Positions 31,076 through 40,862 of a DNA stretch of 59,600 nt are shown piece after piece (positions within the stretch are counted from its first letter, which is position 1; each line of letters opens with the position of its first letter). Origin of the DNA: Veillonella parvula (lineage in GTDB: Bacteria > Bacillota > Negativicutes > Veillonellales > Veillonellaceae); assembly GCA_947096075.1 (NCBI GenBank), contig CAMUQE010000001.1:1-59600 (forward strand). Direction: 5' to 3'. Both the position numbers and the translations under genes were made by a program. Under the pieces are notes generated by a model. The model did not search any database and had not been told where the DNA came from. It worked only from the letters and a program-made list of their open reading frames with translations.

Positions 31076-31939
31076 ATGATTACAGGCATTGTTGTCAAAA
31101 ATATGAATGGGTACTTTTATGTACAAGATGATACGGGTACTATACATGAATGTAAGGTTCGTGGCAGACTTAAGCAGGGTCGCTATAGTTTACTTGTGGG
31201 GGACCGCGTTACGATTTCAGAGGATGGATTCGTTGAATCCATCCACGAACGTCATAATTCAATGGTTCGTCCAGCAGTAGCTAATATTGACCAAGTTGTA
31301 TTAGTTGTGGCTGCCCATGAACCAGATATTAATGAGCTATTACTTAATAAAATGCTCGTTATGATTGAACATGCGGATATACCTATCGTGCTATGTATCA
31401 ATAAATGTGATCTGATGGATTCAGAGACGGAAACTATGGTTGATCTTTATAAATCAATTGGTTATAAGGTTTTGATGACATCCACATATAATATGACAGG
31501 CATCGATGATTTACGTCATGTGCTTCAACATAAGGTAACGGCTTTTGCAGGTCCATCTGGTGTTGGTAAGAGTAGTCTTTTAAACGCAGTAGACTCAAAA
31601 TTTACCTTCCAGACTGGGGAGGTAAGTGATAAGATTAAACGTGGTAAACACACCACTCGTCACGCTTCCTTATATAGTTTAGATGCAGATTCTTTCATCA
31701 TGGATACACCTGGCTTTAGCGCTATTGAATTTAATGATGTTTCCCTTGAAAGATTGCCTACTTTATTCCCAGAATTTGGTGAATATGTGGATGCTTGTAA
31801 ATTTAATCCTTGCTATCATGAGCATGAACCAATTTGTGGAATTAAAGCTGCTTTAGAAGCTGGTCATATTCATCAAGGACGATATGATGCTTATATGTCT
31901 ATACGTGATGATATAGAAAGTCAACGAAAGAGGTTTTAA
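31076..31939 (+). CDS. rsgA: Ribosome small-subunit GTPase RsgA (CpgA)
   Basis: NKCD, GPSGVGKSS, RGKHTT, DTPG, CKFNPCYHEHEPIC zinc finger. Confidence 0.96.
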   Translation: MITGIVVKNMNGYFYVQDDTGTIHECKVRGRLKQGRYSLLVGDRVTISEDGFVESIHERHNSMVRPAVANIDQVVLVVAAHEPDINELLLNKMLVMIEHADIPIVLCINKCDLMDSETETMVDLYKSIGYKVLMTSTYNMTGIDDLRHVLQHKVTAFAGPSGVGKSSLLNAVDSKFTFQTGEVSDKIKRGKHTTRHASLYSLDADSFIMDTPGFSAIEFNDVSLERLPTLFPEFGEYVDACKFNPCYHEHEPICGIKAALEAGHIHQGRYDAYMSIRDDIESQRKRF

Positions 31940-31940
31940 T

Positions 31941-32591
31941 ATGATAAAAATTGCACCATCTATGCTTTCCGCAAATTTTGCGATATTAAGCGAAGAATTA
32001 AAATCTATTGAAGCAGCGGGGGCTGACTTACTACATATTGACATCATGGATGGACACTTTGTTCCTAATCTAACCTTTGGTGCTCCCATTGTGAAAGCAA
32101 TTCGTCCATATACAAAATTGCCATTTGATGTGCATTTAATGGTTACTAATCCTGGTGATTATGTAGAAGAATTTGCAAAAATTGGTGTAGAATATTTTAC
32201 TTTTCATCAAGAAACTGTACCTCATATGCATCGTTTGATTCAACATATTAAGCAATGTGGGATGAAGGCTGGTATAGCATTGAATCCTAGTACACCTGTA
32301 TCTTTACTAGAAGATGTAGCTGCAGATTTAGATATGATTTTAATTATGTCTGTGAATCCAGGATTTGGAGGGCAATCTTTTATTAAGAATGCTATAAAAA
32401 AAGTTAAACAAGCTAAGATATTGTTAGAAGAAGTGGATAATTCAACGGCAGTTATTGAGGTAGACGGTGGTATTAACGATATTACTTGTGTACCAATTAA
32501 AAGAGCGGGTGCTACAGTTTTAGTTGCTGGTTCTGCAGTGTTTGGAACAGAAAATCGTGCAAGTATGATTGAATCCATTCGCAATAATTAA
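31941..32591 (+). CDS. rpe: Ribulose-phosphate 3-epimerase
   Basis: IAPSMLSA, HIDIMDGHFVPN, MSVNPGFGGQ, VDGG. Confidence 0.97.
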   Translation: MIKIAPSMLSANFAILSEELKSIEAAGADLLHIDIMDGHFVPNLTFGAPIVKAIRPYTKLPFDVHLMVTNPGDYVEEFAKIGVEYFTFHQETVPHMHRLIQHIKQCGMKAGIALNPSTPVSLLEDVAADLDMILIMSVNPGFGGQSFIKNAIKKVKQAKILLEEVDNSTAVIEVDGGINDITCVPIKRAGATVLVAGSAVFGTENRASMIESIRNN

Positions 32592-32686
32592 ATAATTTAG
32601 CTTTAGGTATACTTATTTATGAAAAAAATTTAAAGATAGATTTATTATATGGATGATAGAAATACTGAAGTAAATTTAATTAAAAT

Positions 32687-32723
32687 AAGGAGTGAGGAAT
32701 TCTTTAAGAAATCCTCACTCCTT
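32687..32723 (+). terminator. Hairpin, probable terminator of the priA-rpe operon
   Basis: aaggagtgagga / tcctcactcctt 12-bp stem. Confidence 0.65.
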
Positions 32724-32725
32724 GC

Positions 32726-32754
32726 TTGCTTTTACCTTATTTTTTTGTTAAAAT
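32726..32754 (+). promoter_or_regulatory. Sigma-A promoter of rpsB
   Basis: TTGCTT, 17 bp, TAAAAT with an extended TG at 32746-32747. Confidence 0.75.
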
Positions 32755-32764
32755 TATTGGGTAT

Positions 32765-32850
32765 GAAAAATATGCACGTCAGTGGACTTCGGTACTGTGC
32801 CTAATTTTGGGTGACCCGAAGGATGAAGCGGCGGAGGTTAATTAACAGGA
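32765..32850 (+). ncRNA. rpsB (S2) 5' leader, probable S2 autoregulatory RNA
   Basis: GC-richer ~90-nt UTR with gcacg at the 5' side, pairable ttcgg/ccgaa and 3' ggcggag, at the position of known rpsB leaders. Confidence 0.6.
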
Positions 32851-32859
32851 GGTGCCACA

Positions 32860-33612
32860 ATGGCAGTAGTATCAATGAAACAATTATTAGAGGCTGGTGT
32901 ACACTTTGGTCATCAGACTAGAAGATGGAATCCTAAAATGGCGAAATTCATCTTCACTGAGCGCAATGGTATTTATATCATTGACTTGTCTAAAACAGTT
33001 AAAAAAGTAGAAGAAGCTTACTCTTTCTTACGTGAAGTTGCTTCCCAAGGCGAAGTGATCTTGTTCGTAGGCACTAAAAAACAAGCTCAAGAAGCTATTA
33101 AAGAAGAAGCTGTCCGCGCTAACATGTTCTTCGTTAACGAACGTTGGTTGGGCGGTATGTTGACTAACTTCAAAACAATTGAAACTCGTATTAAACGTTT
33201 AAAACAATTGGAAGCTATGGCTGAAGATGGTACTTTTGAAGTATTGCCTAAGAAAGAAGTTATCGGTCTTCGTCATGAAATGGATAAATTGGAAAAATAC
33301 CTTGGCGGTATCAAAGATATGCCTAAAATGCCAGGTGCTCTTTTTGTAGTTGATCCTAAAAAAGAAAAAATCGCTATTGCAGAAGCTAAAAAATTGGGTA
33401 TTCCTGTAGTTGCAACAGTTGACACTAACTGCGACCCAGACGAAGTTGATTTCCCAATCCCAGCAAATGATGACGCTATCCGCGCTGTTAAATTGTTGGC
33501 TGGTAAAATGGCTGACGCTGTTCTTGAAGGTCGTCAAGGCGAATCCTTTGAAGAAGCATTAGATAACATGGTAGCTGATTCCGCAGAAATGGTTCGAGAC
33601 GGTAAAGCTTAA
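32860..33612 (+). CDS. rpsB: 30S ribosomal protein S2
   Basis: [47 protein letters not shown]. Confidence 0.99.
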   Translation: MAVVSMKQLLEAGVHFGHQTRRWNPKMAKFIFTERNGIYIIDLSKTVKKVEEAYSFLREVASQGEVILFVGTKKQAQEAIKEEAVRANMFFVNERWLGGMLTNFKTIETRIKRLKQLEAMAEDGTFEVLPKKEVIGLRHEMDKLEKYLGGIKDMPKMPGALFVVDPKKEKIAIAEAKKLGIPVVATVDTNCDPDEVDFPIPANDDAIRAVKLLAGKMADAVLEGRQGESFEEALDNMVADSAEMVRDGKA

Positions 33613-33655
33613 TCGTTGTCGTATTAGCATTTGAAAGATAAATCTATAACATATA

Positions 33656-33690
33656 TAATTGGGGTAAGGACTATATCCTTACCTTAATTA
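33656..33690 (+). other. rpsB-tsf intergenic hairpin (attenuator or processing site)
   Basis: taattggggtaagga / tccttaccttaatta stem without a long T tail. Confidence 0.55.
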
Positions 33691-33710
33691 ATACTAGGAG
33701 GAACAAAATA

Positions 33711-34391
33711 ATGGCAATTACTGCTGCTTTGGTAAAAGAATTGCGCGACATGACTGGCGCAGGTATGATGGACGCTAAAAAAGCATTGGTTGAGACTGAC
33801 GGTAATATCGATAAAGCGGTTGACCTTCTTCGTGAAAAAGGTTTGGCTGCGGCAGCTAAAAAAGCAGGTCGTATTGCAGCTGAAGGTGTAGTACAATCCT
33901 ACATTCATGCTGGTGGTCGTATCGGTGTTTTAGTGGAAGTTAACTGTGAAACTGACTTTGTTGCAAAAACTGATGATTTCCAAAATTTAGCACGTGACAT
34001 CGCAATGCAAATTGCAGCTGTAAATCCTACATACTTGAACCGTGAAGAAGTTCCTACTGAAGTAATTGAACACGAAAAACAAGTATTATTGGAACAAGCT
34101 AAAGTAGAAGCTGAAGAAGACGTTAAAGCTGGTCGTAAACCAAAACCTGAAGCTGTTTTAGAAAAAATGGTTGCAGGTCGTATTGAAAAATTCTATAAAG
34201 AAAATTGCCTATTAGAACAAGTATTCATTAAAGATGGCGACAAAACTGTTACAGACATCATTAATGAAAGTATTGCAAAAATCGGTGAAAACATCAACGT
34301 ACGTCGTTTTGTTCGCTATGGTTTAGGTGAAGGCATTGAAAAACGCCAAGATGACTTCGTAGCTGAAGTAATGGCATCTGTTGGTAAATAA
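33711..34391 (+). CDS. tsf: Elongation factor Ts (short form)
   Basis: [29 protein letters not shown]; 226 aa. Confidence 0.98.
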   Translation: MAITAALVKELRDMTGAGMMDAKKALVETDGNIDKAVDLLREKGLAAAAKKAGRIAAEGVVQSYIHAGGRIGVLVEVNCETDFVAKTDDFQNLARDIAMQIAAVNPTYLNREEVPTEVIEHEKQVLLEQAKVEAEEDVKAGRKPKPEAVLEKMVAGRIEKFYKENCLLEQVFIKDGDKTVTDIINESIAKIGENINVRRFVRYGLGEGIEKRQDDFVAEVMASVGK

Positions 34392-34400
34392 TTAAGAAAC

Positions 34401-34434
34401 AATAAGAGAACACCGTACAGTGTTCTCTTATTTT
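34401..34434 (+). terminator. Intrinsic terminator after tsf
   Basis: aataagagaacac / gtgttctcttatt followed by T residues. Confidence 0.8.
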
Positions 34435-34453
34435 GCAATAGAGGAGTAAAAAT

Positions 34454-35179
34454 ATGGCAAAGAGAAACTTTCGACGTATTGTTTTGAAGTTGAGTGGTGA
34501 AGCATTAGCAGGTGAACAAGGTTTTGGTATTAATCCAGATGTTGTTGAAGAATTTGCAAAAGAAATTGCTGCTTTAGCAAAATCCACTGATTTAGAAATC
34601 GCAATTGTTGTTGGTGGCGGTAACCTATGGAGAGGTTTAGCTGGTAGCAATCAAGGTATGGATCGTGCTACTGCTGACTATATGGGGATGCTAGCAACAG
34701 TGATGAACTCCTTAGCATTGCAGGATGCATTAGAGCAAGCTGGCGTAGATACACGTGTTCAAACAGCTATTGAAATGCAAGAAATTGCAGAACCTTATAT
34801 TCGTCGTCGCGCTATTCGTCACTTAGAGAAAAAACGCATCGTAATCTTTGGTGCAGGTCTTGGAAAACCATACTTCTCTACTGATACAACGGCTGCATTA
34901 CGGGCTGCTGAAATTGAAGCTGATGCGATTTTGATGGCGAAGAAATTTGCTGATGGTGTATATGATTCCGATCCTAAGACGAATCCTAATGCCGTTAAAT
35001 TTGATGAATTAACATATAATGATATCATTACAAAAGAATTGAAAGTTATGGATGCTACATCTACGACTTTATGTAAAGATAACAATATTCCTATTATTGT
35101 ATTTAGCATGGATATTCCTGGTAATATTACTAAAGCCGCTAAGGGTGAAGAAATCGGGACTATAGTTCGAGGAGAATAA
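34454..35179 (+). CDS. pyrH: Uridylate kinase
   Basis: [36 protein letters not shown]. Confidence 0.98.
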   Translation: MAKRNFRRIVLKLSGEALAGEQGFGINPDVVEEFAKEIAALAKSTDLEIAIVVGGGNLWRGLAGSNQGMDRATADYMGMLATVMNSLALQDALEQAGVDTRVQTAIEMQEIAEPYIRRRAIRHLEKKRIVIFGAGLGKPYFSTDTTAALRAAEIEADAILMAKKFADGVYDSDPKTNPNAVKFDELTYNDIITKELKVMDATSTTLCKDNNIPIIVFSMDIPGNITKAAKGEEIGTIVRGE

Positions 35180-35184
35180 TTCAT

Positions 35185-35745
35185 ATGGAAATCAAAGAAT
35201 TGTTGCAACAAGCAGAAGAACGCATGAATAAGTCTATTGAGGCTTTAAAACATGAATTCGCATCTATTCGTACAGGCCGTGCTAGCGTAGCATTGCTTGA
35301 TAAAGTAATGGTTGACTACTATGGTAGTCAAACTCCAATTAATCAAGTTGCGAATATTTCCGTGCCTGAGCCTCGCATGATTGTTGTTGCGCCTTGGGAT
35401 AAAACGATGATTGGTGCTATTGAAAAAGCAATTTTACAATCTGACTTAGGTTTAAATCCTGGTAATGATGGTGCACAAATTCGTTTGACTATTCCTCAAT
35501 TAACTGAGGAGCGCCGTAAAGAAATCGTTAAAGTAGTTCATAAAAAAGCTGAAGATGCAAAAGTTGCAGTACGCAACATTCGTCGTGATGTAAATGATGC
35601 ATTGAAAAAAGAAGAAAAAGCTAAAATAATTACTGAAGATGATGCTAAAAACGGTTTAGATGAAATTCAAAAGCTTACCGATGCTAAAGTTAAGCAAATC
35701 GATGAGTTAAAAGCAGTAAAAGAAAAGGACGTATTAGAAGTATAA
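35185..35745 (+). CDS. frr: Ribosome recycling factor
   Basis: IRTGRAS, VDYYG, PQLTEERRKE, VAVRNIRRD. Confidence 0.98.
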   Translation: MEIKELLQQAEERMNKSIEALKHEFASIRTGRASVALLDKVMVDYYGSQTPINQVANISVPEPRMIVVAPWDKTMIGAIEKAILQSDLGLNPGNDGAQIRLTIPQLTEERRKEIVKVVHKKAEDAKVAVRNIRRDVNDALKKEEKAKIITEDDAKNGLDEIQKLTDAKVKQIDELKAVKEKDVLEV

Positions 35746-35996
35746 TGTTAGATTCTAATATCCTTATTGGAATACCATGGCAGCTTGCAAAGTCTCGTTT
35801 GCAGGCTGCCCATATTCCTTTTAAGGTAATGATTGGGGGATCTTTTAATCGCTTTTTTGAAATTGCGGATGAAGGATTTTATGTAGCACGTATTACAAAG
35901 GTTGATGAGTGTTTACATATATTATTATATAGACCAATGATTGCCAGTGACTTCGGAAATTCTGACGAGGTAGACTATGCTAAAGAAATTATTTAA
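35745..35996 (+). CDS. Small hypothetical protein (83 aa) between frr and uppS
   Basis: Fills the gap exactly; TAATG overlap with the frr stop and a 20-nt overlap with the uppS start. Confidence 0.7.
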   Translation: MLDSNILIGIPWQLAKSRLQAAHIPFKVMIGGSFNRFFEIADEGFYVARITKVDECLHILLYRPMIASDFGNSDEVDYAKEII

Positions 35997-36741
35997 CCGT
36001 AAACAATCTGATACGCCTGTCATTGATAGCAATGTAATTCCAAAACATGTTGCTATTATTATGGATGGGAATGGACGTTGGGCTAAACGCAGAGGCATGC
36101 CGCGCTCCATGGGGCATCGTGCTGGTGCAGATGTATTAAAAGAAATTGTTATGGCTGCAGATGAAATTGGAATTAGAGCTCTTACGGTATATGGTTTCTC
36201 TACTGAGAACTGGAAACGTCCTGAACACGAAGTTTCTTTACTTATGGCTCTCATAAAAGAATACTTAAACAATAATGTTAAGTATATGCATGAACATAAT
36301 GTACGCATTCGATTTATTGGTTTTATTGGGGCTCTTTCAGAGGAACTTCAAGAAATCATTCGCGATGCAGAATTATTAACTAAGAATAATACAGGCCTTA
36401 CTTTACAGTTAGCGATTAACTATGGTGGGCGTGATGAAATAGTTAGAACTATCCGCGACATTACAAATTCTGTTGTGGATGGTACTATTACAATGGACAA
36501 TATTACTGAAGAATATGTAAGTTCGCAATTATTCACTAAAGAGTTTAGTGATGTAGATCTGTTAATTCGTCCAAGTAGTGATTTTAGAATTAGTAATTTC
36601 TTGTTATGGCAACTAGCCTATGCTGAATTTTGGTTTACTGATTTGCATTGGCCAGATTTCACTAAGGAAACTTTATTAGAAGCTGTTGCGGCATATCAGA
36701 AACGAGAACGCCGATTTGGTGGCTTAAGTGATGAGGAATAA
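35977..36741 (+). CDS. uppS: Undecaprenyl diphosphate synthase
   Basis: HVAIIMDGNGRWA, FSTENWKRP, NYGGRDEI, RISNFLLWQ, RRFGG. Confidence 0.98.
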   Translation: MLKKLFNRKQSDTPVIDSNVIPKHVAIIMDGNGRWAKRRGMPRSMGHRAGADVLKEIVMAADEIGIRALTVYGFSTENWKRPEHEVSLLMALIKEYLNNNVKYMHEHNVRIRFIGFIGALSEELQEIIRDAELLTKNNTGLTLQLAINYGGRDEIVRTIRDITNSVVDGTITMDNITEEYVSSQLFTKEFSDVDLLIRPSSDFRISNFLLWQLAYAEFWFTDLHWPDFTKETLLEAVAAYQKRERRFGGLSDEE

Positions 36742-36744
36742 AAA

Positions 36745-37569
36745 ATGTTAAAAACACGTGTTATTACCGCTGTTATAGGTTTTATTATTGCCTTAGGGGC
36801 CATTACATTAGGCGGATCTATATATGATGTTCTAATTACACTTTTAGCTTTATTAGGGTGGCGTGAGTTTGTATTACTTGGTAAAGCTAAACGTGTTCGG
36901 ATATCCATTATATGGGGCTATATTAGCATTTTATTGCTAATGATTGCTTTTGCATGTCATCAGTATATTATAGCTATAGCTATTTTAGTATTAAGTTTAT
37001 TCGCCAATTATATGTTGTGTACATTTGGTGAAAGCAAATATTCTATAGCTAGTGTATCTTTCAGTGTATTTGGATTACTCTATCTTGGTATTGGTATGAT
37101 TTCATTGCTCATGATTCGTCATGATTCAATTTACATGTCTTTATCAATGCCTTTTGAACTGTATAATTGGGGAACAATTACACTTTGGCTATTATTGTTT
37201 ACTACATGGGCTAGTGATACCTTTGCTTATTTTGCAGGCCGTGCCTTTGGTAAACGGAAAATAGTACCATCCATTAGTCCTAATAAAACACTGGAAGGCT
37301 TTATTGGTGGCTTTATTGGGTGTATTTTTACAGGTGTAGTATTTTCGTTTATCGTTGGTATTCCTTGGTGGATGGGTATCCATGTAGGTATGATTAGCGG
37401 TATATTAGCACCATTAGGTGATTTGTTTGAATCAAAGATTAAACGATTATGTAATGTAAAAGATTCTGGAACATTATTACCAGGTCATGGCGGTGTATTG
37501 GATCGCTTCGATAGCTTATTATTTGCAGCTCCCATTACATTAGTCTACATATTACTATTCTCGTACTAG
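36745..37569 (+). CDS. cdsA: Phosphatidate cytidylyltransferase
   Basis: SDTFAYFAG, ISPNKTLEG, GDLFESKIKR, KDSGTLLPGHGGVLDRFDS. Confidence 0.97.
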   Translation: MLKTRVITAVIGFIIALGAITLGGSIYDVLITLLALLGWREFVLLGKAKRVRISIIWGYISILLLMIAFACHQYIIAIAILVLSLFANYMLCTFGESKYSIASVSFSVFGLLYLGIGMISLLMIRHDSIYMSLSMPFELYNWGTITLWLLLFTTWASDTFAYFAGRAFGKRKIVPSISPNKTLEGFIGGFIGCIFTGVVFSFIVGIPWWMGIHVGMISGILAPLGDLFESKIKRLCNVKDSGTLLPGHGGVLDRFDSLLFAAPITLVYILLFSY

Positions 37570-37587
37570 TTTCATAGAGGTACACTT

Positions 37588-38733
37588 ATGAAATACCTAA
37601 GTATTATTGGCAGTACTGGCTCAATCGGTACACAGACGCTTGATGTAGTGTCTCAACATCCAGATCAATTCAAGGTGGTTGCCTTAGTGGCACATCATAA
37701 TATTGACCTCTTAGAACATCAAATTAAAAAATATGAACCTTTAGTAGCAGGTCTTGTAGATGAAAGTGCGTTTAAGGAATTACAAGCACGTTATACAGGT
37801 CCTACAAAATTGATAGGTGGTAAGGAAGCCCTTATTGCAGCGGCAACGATTCAAGAAGCTACGATGGTTATTACTGCTATTGTAGGTGCTGCAGGCATTG
37901 AGCCCACAGTAGAAGCTATAAAAAAAGGGAAGACTATAGGTCTTGCTAATAAAGAAACTCTTGTTGCTGGAGGCCCACTAATTACGTCGCTAGCTGAAGA
38001 ACACGGGGTTCAAATTTTACCTATTGATAGTGAACATAGTGCTATATTTCAGTGCTTAGAAGGGCAAGGTCGTGACAATGTTGACTCTTTAATTGTTACT
38101 GCTTCTGGTGGCCCTTTACGTACATGGGATTCTAGTAAGATTCAAACTGCAACTGCTGCAGATTGTTTGCGACATCCTACCTGGAATATGGGCAATAAAA
38201 TAACTATAGACTCTGCCTCCTTATTCAATAAAGGATTAGAGGTAATAGAAGCTCACTGGTTATTTGGCTTCGATTTTGATCATATTGATGTAGTAGTACA
38301 TCCTCAAAGTATCGTTCATTCTATGATTCGTATGAAGGATGGTGCGATATTAGCGCAAATGGGAAATCCAGATATGCGTGAGCCTATTCAATATGCTTTA
38401 ACGTATCCAAAACGTGAAGCTTTAAGTATTAATCATCTTGATTTTACTCAAACTCTACAATTGGAGTTTTTACCTCCACGATATGACGATTTCCCTGCAC
38501 TTCGACTTGCATATGAGGTAGGGCGTGCTAGTGGATTTAAACCAGCTGTATTTAATGCAGCCAATGAAACGTCAGTATATGCGTTTTTAGAAGATAAAAT
38601 CGCTTTTGGTGATATTTATAAAGTCGTTTCTTCTGTTCTTGAATCTATGGGATCAGAAGATGATTTTACATTAGATAATTTATTATCCATCGATAGATGG
38701 GCCCGTGAAAAGGCAACATCATTGATGTTATAG
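37588..38733 (+). CDS. dxr: 1-deoxy-D-xylulose-5-phosphate reductoisomerase
   Basis: GSTGSIGTQTL, LANKETLV, PIDSEHSA, HPTWNMG, NKGLEVIEA. Confidence 0.98.
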   Translation: MKYLSIIGSTGSIGTQTLDVVSQHPDQFKVVALVAHHNIDLLEHQIKKYEPLVAGLVDESAFKELQARYTGPTKLIGGKEALIAAATIQEATMVITAIVGAAGIEPTVEAIKKGKTIGLANKETLVAGGPLITSLAEEHGVQILPIDSEHSAIFQCLEGQGRDNVDSLIVTASGGPLRTWDSSKIQTATAADCLRHPTWNMGNKITIDSASLFNKGLEVIEAHWLFGFDFDHIDVVVHPQSIVHSMIRMKDGAILAQMGNPDMREPIQYALTYPKREALSINHLDFTQTLQLEFLPPRYDDFPALRLAYEVGRASGFKPAVFNAANETSVYAFLEDKIAFGDIYKVVSSVLESMGSEDDFTLDNLLSIDRWAREKATSLML

Positions 38734-38741
38734 GAGAATAT

Positions 38742-39758
38742 ATGATTACGGCATTAGCCACAATATTTGTATTTGGTTTAATCGTGTTTATTCATGAGCT
38801 AGGCCATTTTATTACAGCTAAGATGTCAGGTATGCAAGTTGATGAATTTGCTATAGGTTTTGGACCAGCCATATTTAAAGTACAAAAAGGGGAAACTTTA
38901 TATTCTATTCGTATAATTCCTCTTGGAGGATTTAATCGTATTGCTGGTATGACACTTGACGAGCCTCTTAATGAACGCTCTTTTTATAATAAACCTGCGT
39001 GGAAAAAATTTATCGTTATTTCCGCAGGGGCTGTATTTAACTTTATATTAGCCATTGTACTTTTCTTTGGCCTCAATGTTACTGTAGGAAATCTTACTTA
39101 TACAAATGAACCTGTAATTGGTAACATTATTGCTGGTAGTTCTGCCGAACAGGCTCATTTAGAAGCTAACGATAGAATTATTACGATTGATGGCAAAAAA
39201 ATTAGTACTTGGGATGATATTCGTCCTAGCTTACAAGGCACAGCAAACCATGGTGTAACTGTTGTTGTAGAGCGTGAAGGACAAACTATAGAAACTACGG
39301 TAATACCTAAAATGGAACAAGATAGTCCTAAGATTGGCATCTATCCTAGCTTTACTCGTGAAACTTATAGTATTGGTGAATCTTTGGGCCTTGCTATTAG
39401 CCGGACGGGGCAAACTATTGTTGCTATGGTCAGTGGGATTTACGATATGATTCGTGGCACACAAGCAGCCGAATTATCTGGTCCAGTAGGTATTTCGCAA
39501 ATGGCAGGTACTATTGCACAATCAGGTTTTGCACCATTATTAAGCTTTGCTGCTTTTCTTAGTATTAACTTAGGGGTTATTAATCTTTTACCATTACCTG
39601 TTTTAGATGGTGGTCATTTGATTATTATCTTGGCGGAAGCTATAACAGGCCGTAGATTACCTGCTAAAGCCTTAATGTATATTCAAATGGTTGGGGTTGC
39701 CTTAATGGTAGCATTATTCTTATATGTAACAACGCAGGATATTTTCCGTTTACTATAA
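38742..39758 (+). CDS. rseP: RIP metalloprotease RseP/RasP with PDZ domain
   Basis: HELGH, PLGGF, NLLPLPVLDGG. Confidence 0.95.
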   Translation: MITALATIFVFGLIVFIHELGHFITAKMSGMQVDEFAIGFGPAIFKVQKGETLYSIRIIPLGGFNRIAGMTLDEPLNERSFYNKPAWKKFIVISAGAVFNFILAIVLFFGLNVTVGNLTYTNEPVIGNIIAGSSAEQAHLEANDRIITIDGKKISTWDDIRPSLQGTANHGVTVVVEREGQTIETTVIPKMEQDSPKIGIYPSFTRETYSIGESLGLAISRTGQTIVAMVSGIYDMIRGTQAAELSGPVGISQMAGTIAQSGFAPLLSFAAFLSINLGVINLLPLPVLDGGHLIIILAEAITGRRLPAKALMYIQMVGVALMVALFLYVTTQDIFRLL

Positions 39759-39776
39759 GACAGATGGGAGATTACA

Positions 39777-40862
39777 ATGATTGTACGTAAACCAACAAAT
39801 GGTATCTATGTAGGTATAGTTAAAATCGGCGATTATGCACCGGTAAGTATTCAATCTATGATTACTACGGATCCAGTCCATACAGAGGAGGCAATTACGG
39901 AAATTAATCGTTTAGCAGAGGCCGGTTGTGAACTGGTTCGTGTCGCAGTTCCGACAATGGCATCTGCAAAGGCTTTAAAAGCTGTTAGAGCCGGCATTTC
40001 AATCCCTTTGATTGCTGATATTCACTTTGATTATAGATTAGCTTTAGAAGCTATTGAAAATAATGTTGATGGATTGCGCATTAACCCAGGAAATATTGGT
40101 GGTGAAGATAAGGTTTTAGCCGTTATTGAAAAGGCAAAACCTAAACAAATCCCAATTCGCATTGGTGTTAATGCAGGGTCTTTACCAAAGCACATTCTCG
40201 ATGCTCATGGAGGTCATCCTACTGCGGACGGTATGGTTGAAACTGCTTTAGAACATGTAAGAATACTAGAGAAACTTGATTATCGTCAAATGAAATTATC
40301 TATTAAAGCCACGGAAGTGCCTTTAATGGTAGAAGCATATCGTAAATTATCCGATAAGATTCCTTATCCGTTACATTTAGGTGTTACAGAAGCTGGTACT
40401 ATTAAACAAGGCACTATTAAATCTGCTATGGGTATTGGTGCTTTACTTCTTGATGGTATTGGTGATACCTTACGGGTATCTTTAACGGGTGATCCAATTC
40501 ACGAAATTGAAGTAGGTCGAAGTATTTTAAGTAGCTTAGGGTTAAGAAGCTTTGGAGCCACTATGATATCTTGTCCTACATGCGGTCGCTGCCAAGTAAA
40601 CTTGTTTGATATGGCTGGTATTGTAGAAGAACGTTTAGCATCCATTAAAGCGCCTATTAAGGTTGCTGTTATGGGGTGTGTTGTAAATGGTCCAGGGGAA
40701 GCTCGTGAGGCTGACTTTGGTATCGCTGGTGGTGATGGTCAAGGTATCATTTTCCGTAAAGGGGAAGTTATTAAAACTGTACCAGAAGCCGAATTAGTAG
40801 ATACATTGTTTAGAGAAATTGACCAATATTTAGAAAATTTAAATGAGGAGTCTTTATGTTAG
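39777..40862 (+). CDS. ispG: (E)-4-hydroxy-3-methylbut-2-enyl diphosphate synthase
   Basis: IADIHFDY, RINPGNIG, HLGVTEAG, SCPTCGRC, MGCVVNGPGEA. Confidence 0.98.
   Translation: MIVRKPTNGIYVGIVKIGDYAPVSIQSMITTDPVHTEEAITEINRLAEAGCELVRVAVPTMASAKALKAVRAGISIPLIADIHFDYRLALEAIENNVDGLRINPGNIGGEDKVLAVIEKAKPKQIPIRIGVNAGSLPKHILDAHGGHPTADGMVETALEHVRILEKLDYRQMKLSIKATEVPLMVEAYRKLSDKIPYPLHLGVTEAGTIKQGTIKSAMGIGALLLDGIGDTLRVSLTGDPIHEIEVGRSILSSLGLRSFGATMISCPTCGRCQVNLFDMAGIVEERLASIKAPIKVAVMGCVVNGPGEAREADFGIAGGDGQGIIFRKGEVIKTVPEAELVDTLFREIDQYLENLNEESLC

Noticed and set aside
32592..32686. AT-rich gap after rpe as a possible sRNA or gene remnant
   Set aside because: No ORF or convincing structure apart from the downstream hairpin and the rpsB promoter.
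33711..34391. EF-Ts appears truncated (226 aa)
   Set aside because: Short EF-Ts forms are normal in several lineages; motifs, stop codon and terminator are intact.
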